Origin: a virus
Lineage: Duplodnaviria; Caudoviricetes
Virus record (IMG/VR): IMGVR_UViG_3300030376_003736
Coordinates: 1 to 48,414 of that record
Strand: one strand, 5' to 3'
DNA length: 48,414 nucleotides
This document shows, in pieces, positions 25,839 through 34,981 of this stretch; position 1 is the first letter of the stretch, and every line of letters starts with the position of its first letter. The position numbers and the translations under genes are program-made. The notes under the pieces are model-generated. The model saw only the letters and a program-made list of their open reading frames with translations, ran no database searches and was not told the DNA's origin.

Positions 25839-26169
25839 CTCTATCTGCCTTAGCTATTTTGTTACTATCAATCAACTGGGGTACACCTAGAATTGTCTTA
25901 ATAAGTGTATCTTGTCTGATGATCTCATTGTCTAAACTCCGTACTCTATCTATTAATGCTACCAAGATACCATGTTGTGAGTCCAACTTAGTACCTAGCC
26001 TAGCTTCCATTTGTTCTATTTGCTCCGCTACTTTATCATCTAATACGTCTAGTTTAGTCTCCATTCCATCAATAATCCTATTAATTAGCTTCCAAATAAA
26101 GAAACCTAGCCCCAATGCAGCAGCTATAGGGAAGCCTACTTCATTTATAAATTGAATCGCTTGTTCCAT
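25819..26169 (-). CDS. Small single-TM coiled-coil protein heading the curli operon (start probably 26169)
   Basis: INEVGFPIAAALGLGFFIW TM segment then LIDRVRSLDNEIIR; overlaps the csgF start. Confidence 0.7.
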   Translation of the reverse strand: MEQAIQFINEVGFPIAAALGLGFFIWKLINRIIDGMETKLDVLDDKVAEQIEQMEARLGTKLDSQHGILVALIDRVRSLDNEIIRQDTLIKTILGVPQLIDSNKIAKADRDDQRKD

Positions 26170-26170
26170 T

Positions 26171-26449
26171 CTAGTGTCGTTTAATGGGAGGGACGGGAAT
26201 AATCTCACCAAATTCTTCGAGATAGGCTTCGGTGGTGTCTAGTAAGAAAGATAAGAAATTAACTAATACTCTTTTATCCATATCGTTTTGGACAGCAATA
26301 TTAGAAACTAAAATAGTTAAAGCCGTAGTCATTTCCCAAGGACTTAATTCTTCAGTAGCCACCTCTAGGATAGGATAGATTTTACCTACTATATCCTCTA
26401 TTGCGGACTCCACCTCACTTTGTTTTAAATAATCATCGAAAGAAGACAT
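26171..26449 (-). CDS. Hypothetical protein
   Basis: 92-aa ORF between the SNF2 helicase and the curli operon, with a TATAAT box just upstream. Confidence 0.6.
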   Translation of the reverse strand: MSSFDDYLKQSEVESAIEDIVGKIYPILEVATEELSPWEMTTALTILVSNIAVQNDMDKRVLVNFLSFLLDTTEAYLEEFGEIIPVPPIKRH

Positions 26450-26463
26450 ATTTTAATTATACA

Positions 26464-27912
26464 TCATTCAAACCAACTGCGAACCTCTCCTAGAACTTCA
26501 TTACTAATTTTCACTTTATTCAGTAAATTCCTTAGTATCTGCTCGTCTACTGTGCCTTCTGAGACTAGATCAACATAGGTACAACTATGCTCCTGACCAA
26601 TTCTGTGAATACGATCTTCGGCCTGTACTCTTAATTCCAGATCATAGGAGTTAGAATAAAAGATCATTGTGCTCGCTTCGGTTAAAGTTATACCTCTACC
26701 ACCTGTCTGTGGGTTAGACACAAAATATCTAAGTTCGTTCTCAGGATCTTGAAACTTTTCAATAATATTATGACGTTCGTCTTGAGGTGTTTTACCGTAA
26801 TAAGAGGCTACAGCACCTTCTCCATATTTATTAGCTATGGCTTTCTCTAGTTCTTGTATGTCGGTTTGGAATACTGCAAAGATTACAACTTTCCCAGATG
26901 TCTCTTCTAGTAGATCCAACACCGTTTGTATTCTGTTGTTCTTTAAAACAATAGTTTCCCCTTCTTCATTACGAAGACTGCCAGCCACTACTTGTTGTAA
27001 ACGCATTAACTGAGTAAGCATATTCATTGTGGAGAAGAGTTCATCATTCAGAATCATTAAGGCTTCTCGCTTCATGGTTCCGTATGCTCGTTGTTGTTCA
27101 TCGGTTAATTCGACGTGTCTTCTTACATATACTTTCTCAGGAAGATCTAAGCATTCTGTTTTAACCTTTCTAATAGAGAAGTCTTTAATTGATTCTTGTA
27201 GCTCCTCAAGCTTTTGGAATCCAACTATCTGCTGGAAAGCATGACTGCCCATTTGTCTTCTTTGTGTTATGGCATACCTGGCTTGAAAGGCATAGAAGCT
27301 GCTGAATCCCAATAGATTTGGAGAAAGGAAATAACATTGTGAGTACAGATCAAGGGGTGCTTTAGTAATAGGGAAGCCCGTTAGGATTCTTCTGTAGTCA
27401 GCTAGTGGGGCTAACTTAATTAAATGCTTTGTTCGTTTGGCCTTTGGATTCTTAATGGTGGTTGATTCATCTACTGCCATCATCACATCATGGGTAACCA
27501 AAAATTCCTCTACAAATTTACATGCCTTAACTGTAGCGAACGCCTCAACATTCACTAAGAATATATTTAAGGTCCCCTCACTTGGTTCAGTTACCATTTT
27601 CTTATATTCATATAACCATTTTTGAGTGTGGTTGGGTTGCCATACCAAAACTTTTCTTTCAATGCGTTCTGGTAAATGTTTATTGATCTCATTAACGTCC
27701 CAATTTCGTAAATTACCTTTGGGAGAAATTATAAGTAGTCCAGATATTTTGCCATCTTCAAATAGCATACCTGCGTTATCTAAAAGTATTTTGGATTTGC
27801 CCAGCCCCATTTCCAAAAAGAGGGCAAATAGGTTACGATGTGCACTTGACTGTAAAGTTTCTAATTGGTGCTCGTATGGTTCGCTCTTAAATTCATAGTC
27901 ATTCAATTTCAT
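26464..27912 (-). CDS. SNF2-family (SF2) helicase
   Basis: PYEHQ, ALFLEMGLGKS, VDEST, ILTGFP, GGRGITLT, QAEDRIHRIGQ. Confidence 0.93.
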   Translation of the reverse strand: MKLNDYEFKSEPYEHQLETLQSSAHRNLFALFLEMGLGKSKILLDNAGMLFEDGKISGLLIISPKGNLRNWDVNEINKHLPERIERKVLVWQPNHTQKWLYEYKKMVTEPSEGTLNIFLVNVEAFATVKACKFVEEFLVTHDVMMAVDESTTIKNPKAKRTKHLIKLAPLADYRRILTGFPITKAPLDLYSQCYFLSPNLLGFSSFYAFQARYAITQRRQMGSHAFQQIVGFQKLEELQESIKDFSIRKVKTECLDLPEKVYVRRHVELTDEQQRAYGTMKREALMILNDELFSTMNMLTQLMRLQQVVAGSLRNEEGETIVLKNNRIQTVLDLLEETSGKVVIFAVFQTDIQELEKAIANKYGEGAVASYYGKTPQDERHNIIEKFQDPENELRYFVSNPQTGGRGITLTEASTMIFYSNSYDLELRVQAEDRIHRIGQEHSCTYVDLVSEGTVDEQILRNLLNKVKISNEVLGEVRSWFE

Positions 27913-27961
27913 AAGTTCCGTCCTTTATTCTTCGTTATATATTCAAACACATCTTTAAGTG

Positions 27962-27999
27962 TTGCAATATATTATATAGATGATATGATGCTCTTGCAA
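27962..27999. promoter_or_regulatory. Overlapping divergent sigma70 promoters
   Basis: + strand TTGCAA(27962)-16-TATGAT(27984) with TG extension; - strand TTGCAA(27999)-17-TATAAT(27976-27971). Confidence 0.7.
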
Positions 28000-28006
28000 C
28001 TTTGAG

Positions 28007-28339
28007 TTGATGATGAAAGAAAGAAAAGAAAACGGACGAATAAATAGACTACAAGTGGAGGTATTTTATGACAATACCTCGCATGAATTCTTCATAGACA
28101 TTACCGACCCCAACGATTTTCTAGCACCTTATACAATAGGGGCCTTTGGCTCTTTAGATGAGGCGCTGAGATATACCTACACTACTCTAGATAAACCAAC
28201 TGGTGTGGTTGAGGTAGTTGGATTGTCGACTGGTAATATCTCATTTACTTTAGAGCCGTTGAACTCTTCTCCTTGGCCCGAAGTTTCTAAGAAAGATAAC
28301 GTAGTAGATATAAGGAGTAAACATGGAAAAGATAAATGA
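28007..28339 (+). CDS. Hypothetical protein
   Basis: First ORF of the replication operon; exact start uncertain. Confidence 0.6.
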   Translation: MMMKERKENGRINRLQVEVFYDNTSHEFFIDITDPNDFLAPYTIGAFGSLDEALRYTYTTLDKPTGVVEVVGLSTGNISFTLEPLNSSPWPEVSKKDNVVDIRSKHGKDK

Positions 28340-28895
28340 ACTATTTGAGGAGAGCACAACAAAAGCTGTTGAAGAAATCTCTGATGATTCTATTGGGGAC
28401 CTTAGTGCGCTCTGCCAAAAACTGCTTAGAGTTCAGGCAGATATTGGAAACGCAGAAGAAAGACTAAAAAGAAAGAAGGAACAGGAGAGGGAACTTTCCG
28501 AACAACTCATACCAGACAAGTTAGCACAACTTGGCGTAACAGACATTAAACTAAATGACGGATCTCGCATCTCTGCGGATCCTTTTTACAGTGCTCGTAT
28601 TTCTGGTGACAACGTAGAAGCAGCTCACGCATGGCTACGAGAACAAGGACATGGAGACATCATAAAAAACACAATGACACTTTCGTTTGGTCAAGGTGAA
28701 GATGATCTCGCAAAAGAATTGGTTGTATCGTTAACTAAACAAGGGTTTATACCTGAGGAAAAGGAAGCGGTCCACCCAAGCACTCTGAGGGCATTTGTCA
28801 AAGAACAAATAGAATCAGGGAATCAATCGTTTGACCAAGATATACAGAAGAGATTCTCTGTGTATCAAGGCAAGCGCACAAAAATAAATCGTTGA
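28323..28895 (+). CDS. Conserved phage replication-module protein
   Basis: Coiled coil, WLREQGHGDIIKN and VHPSTLRAFVKE motifs; AGGAG RBS. Confidence 0.75.
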   Translation: MEKINELFEESTTKAVEEISDDSIGDLSALCQKLLRVQADIGNAEERLKRKKEQERELSEQLIPDKLAQLGVTDIKLNDGSRISADPFYSARISGDNVEAAHAWLREQGHGDIIKNTMTLSFGQGEDDLAKELVVSLTKQGFIPEEKEAVHPSTLRAFVKEQIESGNQSFDQDIQKRFSVYQGKRTKINR

Positions 28896-28917
28896 ACGAA
28901 GAAAGAAGGAGTAAAAA

Positions 28918-29706
28918 ATGGCAACGAAGAAAAATGGTAACGGGACGGCCTTAACGTCCCTTTTTGAAAACATCGAAGAAAAAGGTTTCGGAGATGTGGG
29001 TGCGGAAGACCTCAAGACTCCGCGTGTCAGTATAGTCCAGGCAATGTCTCCGCAAAGACAGAAAACCAGTTCGGACTATGTTGCAGACGCAGAGGAAGGA
29101 GACATCTTCTTTTCAGGTAACAATGCTTGTATAAATGGCGACGAAGGTCTGCTATTTCTACCTGTCTACTACAACAAAACTCTAGTTGAGTGGCGTTTGA
29201 GGGAGAAAGGTGGTGGACTTGTTACCGTGCATTCCGCAGATTCAGATCTGTTGAACCGATGCACACGCGACGGTCAAGGTAGGTTAGTTACGCCAGGAGG
29301 GGATACCCAACTGACTACAACTGCCAACCATTATGGCTACGCGCTGGTTGATGATTCACCTCAAAGGTGTGTCATTAACATGACAGGATCTCAACTTAAA
29401 CACTCGCGTTCTTGGAACACTTTGATCCAAGGTACTAAGCTGCAAGGTGCTAAGGGGTTATATACTCCTCCTGCATACTCGCACTGGTATAGTTTAAAAA
29501 CGCAGGTGGAGTCCAATGATCGTGGATCGTGGTATAGCTATAGCATTACCCAAGAAAGGATCTTGGCGGAGAAAGAAGTTGACCTCTTTAAAGAGGCAGA
29601 AGATTTCTCTAAGTTTTGTTCCTCTGGAGGCATGGACCAGTTACCCGGTCAAAAGTCTTCAGCAATAGAGGATAAGTCTGATTCCAACAAGGATTGGGAA
29701 GACTAA
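28918..29706 (+). CDS. Putative ssDNA-binding protein
   Basis: DLKTPRVSIVQAMSPQ, position before the primase, acidic/aromatic C-terminal tail (NKDWED). Confidence 0.55.
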   Translation: MATKKNGNGTALTSLFENIEEKGFGDVGAEDLKTPRVSIVQAMSPQRQKTSSDYVADAEEGDIFFSGNNACINGDEGLLFLPVYYNKTLVEWRLREKGGGLVTVHSADSDLLNRCTRDGQGRLVTPGGDTQLTTTANHYGYALVDDSPQRCVINMTGSQLKHSRSWNTLIQGTKLQGAKGLYTPPAYSHWYSLKTQVESNDRGSWYSYSITQERILAEKEVDLFKEAEDFSKFCSSGGMDQLPGQKSSAIEDKSDSNKDWED

Positions 29707-29713
29707 TCACCCT

Positions 29714-29758
29714 AGGCCTCGATATTTTACTCACTTGAAATATCGAGGCCTTCTCTTT
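29714..29758 (+). terminator. Hairpin / partial terminator after the SSB-like gene
   Basis: aggcctcgatattt...aaatatcgaggcct followed by tctcttt. Confidence 0.6.
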
Positions 29759-29766
29759 GAGATTAT

Positions 29767-31359
29767 ATGGAAGAAATCGCGAAAAAATTCAAGGAAGTAT
29801 TCTCGGGTTTAGATAGAGCGCACGGCATTTATGAAATAACCGGGCAGAAGAATACTGCTAAAGGAGTCAAGAAAGACGGTCGAGGACGGACCCTACAGGA
29901 GCCTTTGACTCTAGATTTGTGGGAAAGTCACCTGAAAGGTAATACATCTATTGGTGTAATTCCGCTTACAGATGATGAAACTTGTAAGTGGGGGTGTATT
30001 GATGTGGATGAATATCCGATTGATACAAAAGGTCTAATCCAAAAGATTGAGGAGATGCAATTACCATTGCTGCCTTGCATGACCAAATCAGGAGGAGTTC
30101 ATTTATTCTTATTTACTAAGCAACCTATTCCAGCTTTTAAATTCCAGAGTAAGCTAGAAGAGATAGCAGCAGCCATGGGGAGAACGGGGGATGAAATATT
30201 TCCTAAACAATATGAGTGGTCTAAACAATTACCAAAGGAAAGGCAGACAGGTAACTGGTTAAACATGCCTTACTTTGCTGGGGAAGACACCACCAGATAC
30301 GCACTAAAGCCAGACGGAGAAGCAGCAGACATAGACGAGTTCTTTGAGCTCGTAGAAAAAATTTCAATTACCGAAGCACAACTAGACAAATTTATCCCGG
30401 TTAAGAAAAGCAGAAAGAAACAAGTTACTAAAGAAGGAACAATGTGGGATGAGGCCCCTCCTTGTTTAGTTCACATGAAGTTAAATGGAATCCCAGAAGG
30501 AATGCGTAATAATGCTTTACTAAATTACGGCGTGTTCTTACGCAAAGTCTATCCAGAAGGAGAGGAATGGAAAGACCAACTACAAGAAATAAATAAAACC
30601 GTATGCAGCAAACCTCTCTCACATAGCGAATTAAATACAATCATCCAAAGCCTAGAAAAATCAGAATATAGATACCAATGCAGTAAGCAACCTTTAGTGG
30701 ATTTCTGCCAGAGCGGTATTTGTGTAACACGTAGGCACGGCATAGATGCGTCAGAAAGAGATCCAAATTTCGGCGGTTTAAGAAAATATCTAACAGATCC
30801 ACCTTTATGGCATTTAGATGTAGACGGAAGAACAATAGTATTAGACACTAAACAACTACATAACTTTTCAATGTATCAGCAAAGGTGTATGGAAGTCTTA
30901 AACATCTGTCCGCCTGACGTGAAGAAATCTGATTGGGTAGCGAAGTTAAATACTTTATTACAGGACGTACAGGAAGTTGAAGTCCCGGCAGATATGACCA
31001 AACAGGGCTTACTTCAAGAAGCTATATATGAGTTCTGTAGATTATCAGAATCTTCTTCAAGACTATCTATAGCCTCGAACGGAGTATTCAGATTTGAAGA
31101 AGAGGGAGAAAAGCAGTGGTGGTTTACAGGTAGAGATGTCGTTATCTTTATACAAGAGTTTAAGAAGATGCGTCATATCAAAGAAGCGGAAGTGTTTACT
31201 GAATTAAAACACATGGGAGCAACCAACATAGCTAAGTACATAGACAGAACCGTAGGAAATAAAAAGATTTGGATATTAGATATATACGAAGTGGATGAAA
31301 GTTCAATAGACTCCACAGATTTTAAAGCAGTTAAAGACGCATTGCCATGGGAAGAATAA
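29767..31359 (+). CDS. AEP-superfamily primase with PriCT-like domain
   Basis: HLKG..IGVIP, WGCIDVD, KSGGVHLFLF, EIFPKQ, GNWLNMPY, PPC...EGMRNNAL, Cys cluster. Confidence 0.8.
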   Translation: MEEIAKKFKEVFSGLDRAHGIYEITGQKNTAKGVKKDGRGRTLQEPLTLDLWESHLKGNTSIGVIPLTDDETCKWGCIDVDEYPIDTKGLIQKIEEMQLPLLPCMTKSGGVHLFLFTKQPIPAFKFQSKLEEIAAAMGRTGDEIFPKQYEWSKQLPKERQTGNWLNMPYFAGEDTTRYALKPDGEAADIDEFFELVEKISITEAQLDKFIPVKKSRKKQVTKEGTMWDEAPPCLVHMKLNGIPEGMRNNALLNYGVFLRKVYPEGEEWKDQLQEINKTVCSKPLSHSELNTIIQSLEKSEYRYQCSKQPLVDFCQSGICVTRRHGIDASERDPNFGGLRKYLTDPPLWHLDVDGRTIVLDTKQLHNFSMYQQRCMEVLNICPPDVKKSDWVAKLNTLLQDVQEVEVPADMTKQGLLQEAIYEFCRLSESSSRLSIASNGVFRFEEEGEKQWWFTGRDVVIFIQEFKKMRHIKEAEVFTELKHMGATNIAKYIDRTVGNKKIWILDIYEVDESSIDSTDFKAVKDALPWEE

Positions 31360-32894
31360 CAAAATACTTTGGTCCACCGGGGACAGGTAAGACCACCACC
31401 TTAATGAATATCATTGAGAAGTATCTTGATGAAGGTACTCCTCCTGAAAAGATCGCGTTCATTTCTTTCTCTGTTAAAGCTGCTGAGGAAGGAAAGAACA
31501 GAGCACATTTAAGATTCGGACTGGGGTTTGATGAGATGCCTTACTTCTGTACGAGCCATGCTTTCTGTAAACGTATCATGGGAATATCACAAGTAATGAC
31601 TGGCAGAGACATCTTTGATTTCTTAGAAGAGTATGAGTTTAATTTAACCAAGAAATATGGCTCTACTTCTAGAGGCGTTAGGTCCGTGGTCCAAGATCCC
31701 TACTTCGATATTATTGAACGTTCAAAAGCTAACTGTCGTTCACTTAAAGATGAACGATTGTCCTTGGAGAAAGAACAAAGAAGAGGAGTAGTGACTCACA
31801 TGTTGGAACCGATAGCTGAAGCTTGGGAGAGTTTTAGGTTATCTAGAGTTCCTCCTGTATATTCGTTTGCGGACATGATTAATAAGTTCTTGGACGACGG
31901 TACACCGCCTGAATTAGATGTGTTGATTGTGGATGAAGCACAAGATCTGGCAGAATTGAATTGGAGATTAGTGGATAAGTTAGCTTTAAATGCAAAGAAA
32001 ACTTTTATCGCCGGGGATGATGACCAAGCTATATATGAATGGAATGGAGCAAGGCCACAACGTTTTGTTAAGTATGAAGGTACAAGTATTATTCTGGACC
32101 AGTCCTATCGCATTCCGTCAAAGGTACATCCGATAGCTGAGCGTATATCAAAACGTATAGTACAGCGTGAGCCAAAAAGTTATAAACCTAGAGAAGAAAA
32201 AGGTACGGTCAATAAAGTGAGCTCAGTAGAACTACTCCCATTAGAAGAAGGGGATTGGTTAGTCTTAGCTTCTTGTGACTATATGTTAACGGATGCTTCT
32301 AAGGGGTATAACGTTAGAAAGTATTTAATAGATAATGGTTACCCTTTTACCCATAATCATTACAGATATATCCCTCGTAAAATGATCGCGGCCATTCAGA
32401 TCTGGGAGAGATTAAATAACGAAGAAGAAATAACCTTGGCTGAACTAGATGATCTATATACTTATTTAGGTAAGACAGGTGTTAAGAGAGGATTTATCAC
32501 ACAAGTTTCCCAAGCCCCTAATCAGGGTCAATCGCTTTCCCTTCAACAGATCATAGACAACTATGGACTTAAACCCGACTGTTTAGGTCAGGAATGGAAA
32601 ACGGTTTTTGAAAAAACAATAGACGTAGAAAGAAGAAGTTTTATCGAGAAAGCACTAAAGAACGACGAAGATCTATATGGAGAACCACGCATTGTCATTT
32701 CCACAATTCACCAGGCAAAAGGTGGGGAAGCGAAGAACGTAGCTGTGTATTTGGATTTATCTAAATCACAGAAGCGAACTTCTATGTTACAACCAGACGG
32801 GCTACACAGACAGTTCTATGTTGCGGTTACACGCACAATAGATAATCTATATTTAATCCAAGCCCAAGATGATTACTACAGGTATGTTATATGA
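31347..32894 (+). CDS. UvrD/Rep-like SF1 helicase
   Basis: GPPGTGKT, VDEAQD, AGDDDQAIY, QSYR, STIHQAKGGEA, YVAVTR. Confidence 0.93.
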   Translation: MGRITKYFGPPGTGKTTTLMNIIEKYLDEGTPPEKIAFISFSVKAAEEGKNRAHLRFGLGFDEMPYFCTSHAFCKRIMGISQVMTGRDIFDFLEEYEFNLTKKYGSTSRGVRSVVQDPYFDIIERSKANCRSLKDERLSLEKEQRRGVVTHMLEPIAEAWESFRLSRVPPVYSFADMINKFLDDGTPPELDVLIVDEAQDLAELNWRLVDKLALNAKKTFIAGDDDQAIYEWNGARPQRFVKYEGTSIILDQSYRIPSKVHPIAERISKRIVQREPKSYKPREEKGTVNKVSSVELLPLEEGDWLVLASCDYMLTDASKGYNVRKYLIDNGYPFTHNHYRYIPRKMIAAIQIWERLNNEEEITLAELDDLYTYLGKTGVKRGFITQVSQAPNQGQSLSLQQIIDNYGLKPDCLGQEWKTVFEKTIDVERRSFIEKALKNDEDLYGEPRIVISTIHQAKGGEAKNVAVYLDLSKSQKRTSMLQPDGLHRQFYVAVTRTIDNLYLIQAQDDYYRYVI

Positions 32895-34762
32895 GTTTTG
32901 TTTATAAACCCCCCACGGAGTGGATTGCACCAGATAGTTTCCCAACAGAAAAATTATGTCAGGCTAAAGAAATTGCCATTGACCTTGAGACCAGAGATCC
33001 TAACTTGAAAGAGAAAGGTCCGGGGTACATCAGAGGAGATGGAGAAGTCGTAGGTATTTCTTTTGCTATTGACGGTTACGAAGATTACTTTCCTTTTGGA
33101 CATGAAGCTGGTTTCAACTTCACTAAAAAGAAAGTAATAGAGTTTACCAAAAAGATATGTGCCACCGATAGCGATAAGATATTTCACAACGCTACTTACG
33201 ATGTAGGTTGGTTAACTAATGAAGGTGTCCCTGTTAATGGCAGAATTATTGACACCATGGTCGTCGCTCCACTCATTGATGAGAATCAATACTGGTATTC
33301 ACTGAATGCTTTGGGTCGCGAATACATAAATGAAGGCAAGACAGAAGCTGAACTAAATGCTGCTGCGGAGGAGTGGGGATTGGATCCCAAGGCTGAAATG
33401 TGGCGCTTACCATCCGCTTATGTGGGTACTTATGCAACACAGGACGCCGCCCTCACGCTTAAATTATGGAATCATTTCAAGATTTTAATAGAGGAACAGA
33501 ACCTCTGGAACGTGTTCGATTTAGAGATGAGAGTGCTTCCTGTCATCTTAGCGATGAAACAAAAAGGAGTTCGCGTTGATTTAGAGAGAGCCGAAACATT
33601 AAAGAAGCAATTAATTAGACGTGAGAAGAATATTGTTCAACAAATAAAGAAAGAAGCTGGTGTCCCGGAAGTACAGTTATGGGCAGCCAACTCTTTAGCT
33701 AAAGTATTTGATTCTTTGAAGTTAACTTATTTAAGAACTCCAACAGGAAAGCCTAGCTTCACTAAAGCGTTCTTAGAAAATCACTCTCACCCTATTGCTC
33801 AATTAATTAGAGAAGCCAGGGAAGTTAACAAAACACACAGTACGTTTATTGATTCTATTCTGAAGCACGAACATAACGGAAGGATTCATGCTGAGATTAG
33901 ACAGTTGAAAGGAGAATCAGGAGGAACTGTCACAGGTCGGTTGTCCATGAGCAATCCGAACTTACAACAAGTTCCAGCTCGTAATAAAGAGATAGGCCCA
34001 TTGATTAGATCTTTGTTCTTACCAGAAGAAGGAGAGCAATGGTGTTCGGCTGACTTCTCTCAACAAGAGCCAAGGATCCTGACGCACTATGCCAGTAGAT
34101 CCAGATACGACGGAGCAGATGCAATTGCTGATGCTTACCATGAAGGTGATGCTGACTTCCACCAAGAGGTAGCCAACCTAGTGGACATTGACAGAAAAAC
34201 TGCAAAGACAATAGGACTAGGAATAATGTACGGAATGGGAAAAGGTAAACTGGCAGATCAATTAGGTGTTACCGTTGATGAAGCTTCAGAAATCCTAAGT
34301 AAGTTTAATACTTATGCACCATTCGTCAGGCAGTTAGCTGATTCAGTTATGCGTAGTGCTAACTCAAAAGGATATATTAAAACCATATTAGGTAGACGTT
34401 GCCACTTTGATATGTGGGAACCTCTGAAGTATGGAACAGGTAGACCGTTAAAGCACAAAGAAGCAGTGCATGAATACAACGGAGAAATCAAAAGAGCATT
34501 TGTTTACAAGGCTCTTAATAAACTTATTCAAGGGTCAGCAGCTGATATGACCAAACAAGCGATGGTTAACTGCTATGAAGCAGGCTATCTCCCTCTCTTA
34601 CAGGTACACGATGAATTGGTGTTCTCTGTTAAGTCTCAGGAGGATGTGGATAACATCTGTCGTTTAATGGAAGAAGCTGTGCCTTTGGATATTCCAAACA
34701 AGGTTGACGCTGAGATTGGAAAGAACTGGGGGGACTCAATGGAAACCCCTAAGAAAAATTAG
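32891..34762 (+). CDS. polA: Family A DNA polymerase with 3'-5' exonuclease domain
   Basis: ExoI IAIDLET, FHNATYD, TGRLS..NPNLQQVP, motif A ADFSQQEPR, motif B AKTIGLGIMYG, IQGSAAD, motif C QVHDEL. Confidence 0.96.
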   Translation: MSFVYKPPTEWIAPDSFPTEKLCQAKEIAIDLETRDPNLKEKGPGYIRGDGEVVGISFAIDGYEDYFPFGHEAGFNFTKKKVIEFTKKICATDSDKIFHNATYDVGWLTNEGVPVNGRIIDTMVVAPLIDENQYWYSLNALGREYINEGKTEAELNAAAEEWGLDPKAEMWRLPSAYVGTYATQDAALTLKLWNHFKILIEEQNLWNVFDLEMRVLPVILAMKQKGVRVDLERAETLKKQLIRREKNIVQQIKKEAGVPEVQLWAANSLAKVFDSLKLTYLRTPTGKPSFTKAFLENHSHPIAQLIREAREVNKTHSTFIDSILKHEHNGRIHAEIRQLKGESGGTVTGRLSMSNPNLQQVPARNKEIGPLIRSLFLPEEGEQWCSADFSQQEPRILTHYASRSRYDGADAIADAYHEGDADFHQEVANLVDIDRKTAKTIGLGIMYGMGKGKLADQLGVTVDEASEILSKFNTYAPFVRQLADSVMRSANSKGYIKTILGRRCHFDMWEPLKYGTGRPLKHKEAVHEYNGEIKRAFVYKALNKLIQGSAADMTKQAMVNCYEAGYLPLLQVHDELVFSVKSQEDVDNICRLMEEAVPLDIPNKVDAEIGKNWGDSMETPKKN

Positions 34763-34808
34763 GATATATCCTAAGATATAATGTATAATGATATTTACAG
34801 GAGTAAAA

Positions 34809-34979
34809 ATGGATACAAATAAATGGAAGAGCGTAGCAATACGTAAAGAGATTGTGGAAGTAGCTGCCGATATTGGTGATAAGACTGAAAGGCCTACTAG
34901 CAATGTATTTGCGTATGCAATTAAGAGATTGAAAGATGATCTTGATAGCGGACGTTTGAACGACGTACCAAAGGCGTAA
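34809..34979 (+). CDS. Small putative ribbon-helix-helix DNA-binding protein (start reassigned to 34809)
   Basis: AGGAG RBS; WKSVAIR beta-strand followed by two predicted helices. Confidence 0.55.
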   Translation: MDTNKWKSVAIRKEIVEVAADIGDKTERPTSNVFAYAIKRLKDDLDSGRLNDVPKA

Positions 34980-34981
34980 CC

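Noticed and set aside
20210-26449. Host chromosome flanking a prophage
   Set aside because: Phage genes abut both sides with gaps of a few nucleotides, and no integrase, att-like site or housekeeping genes were seen. An assembly chimera cannot be fully excluded without reads.
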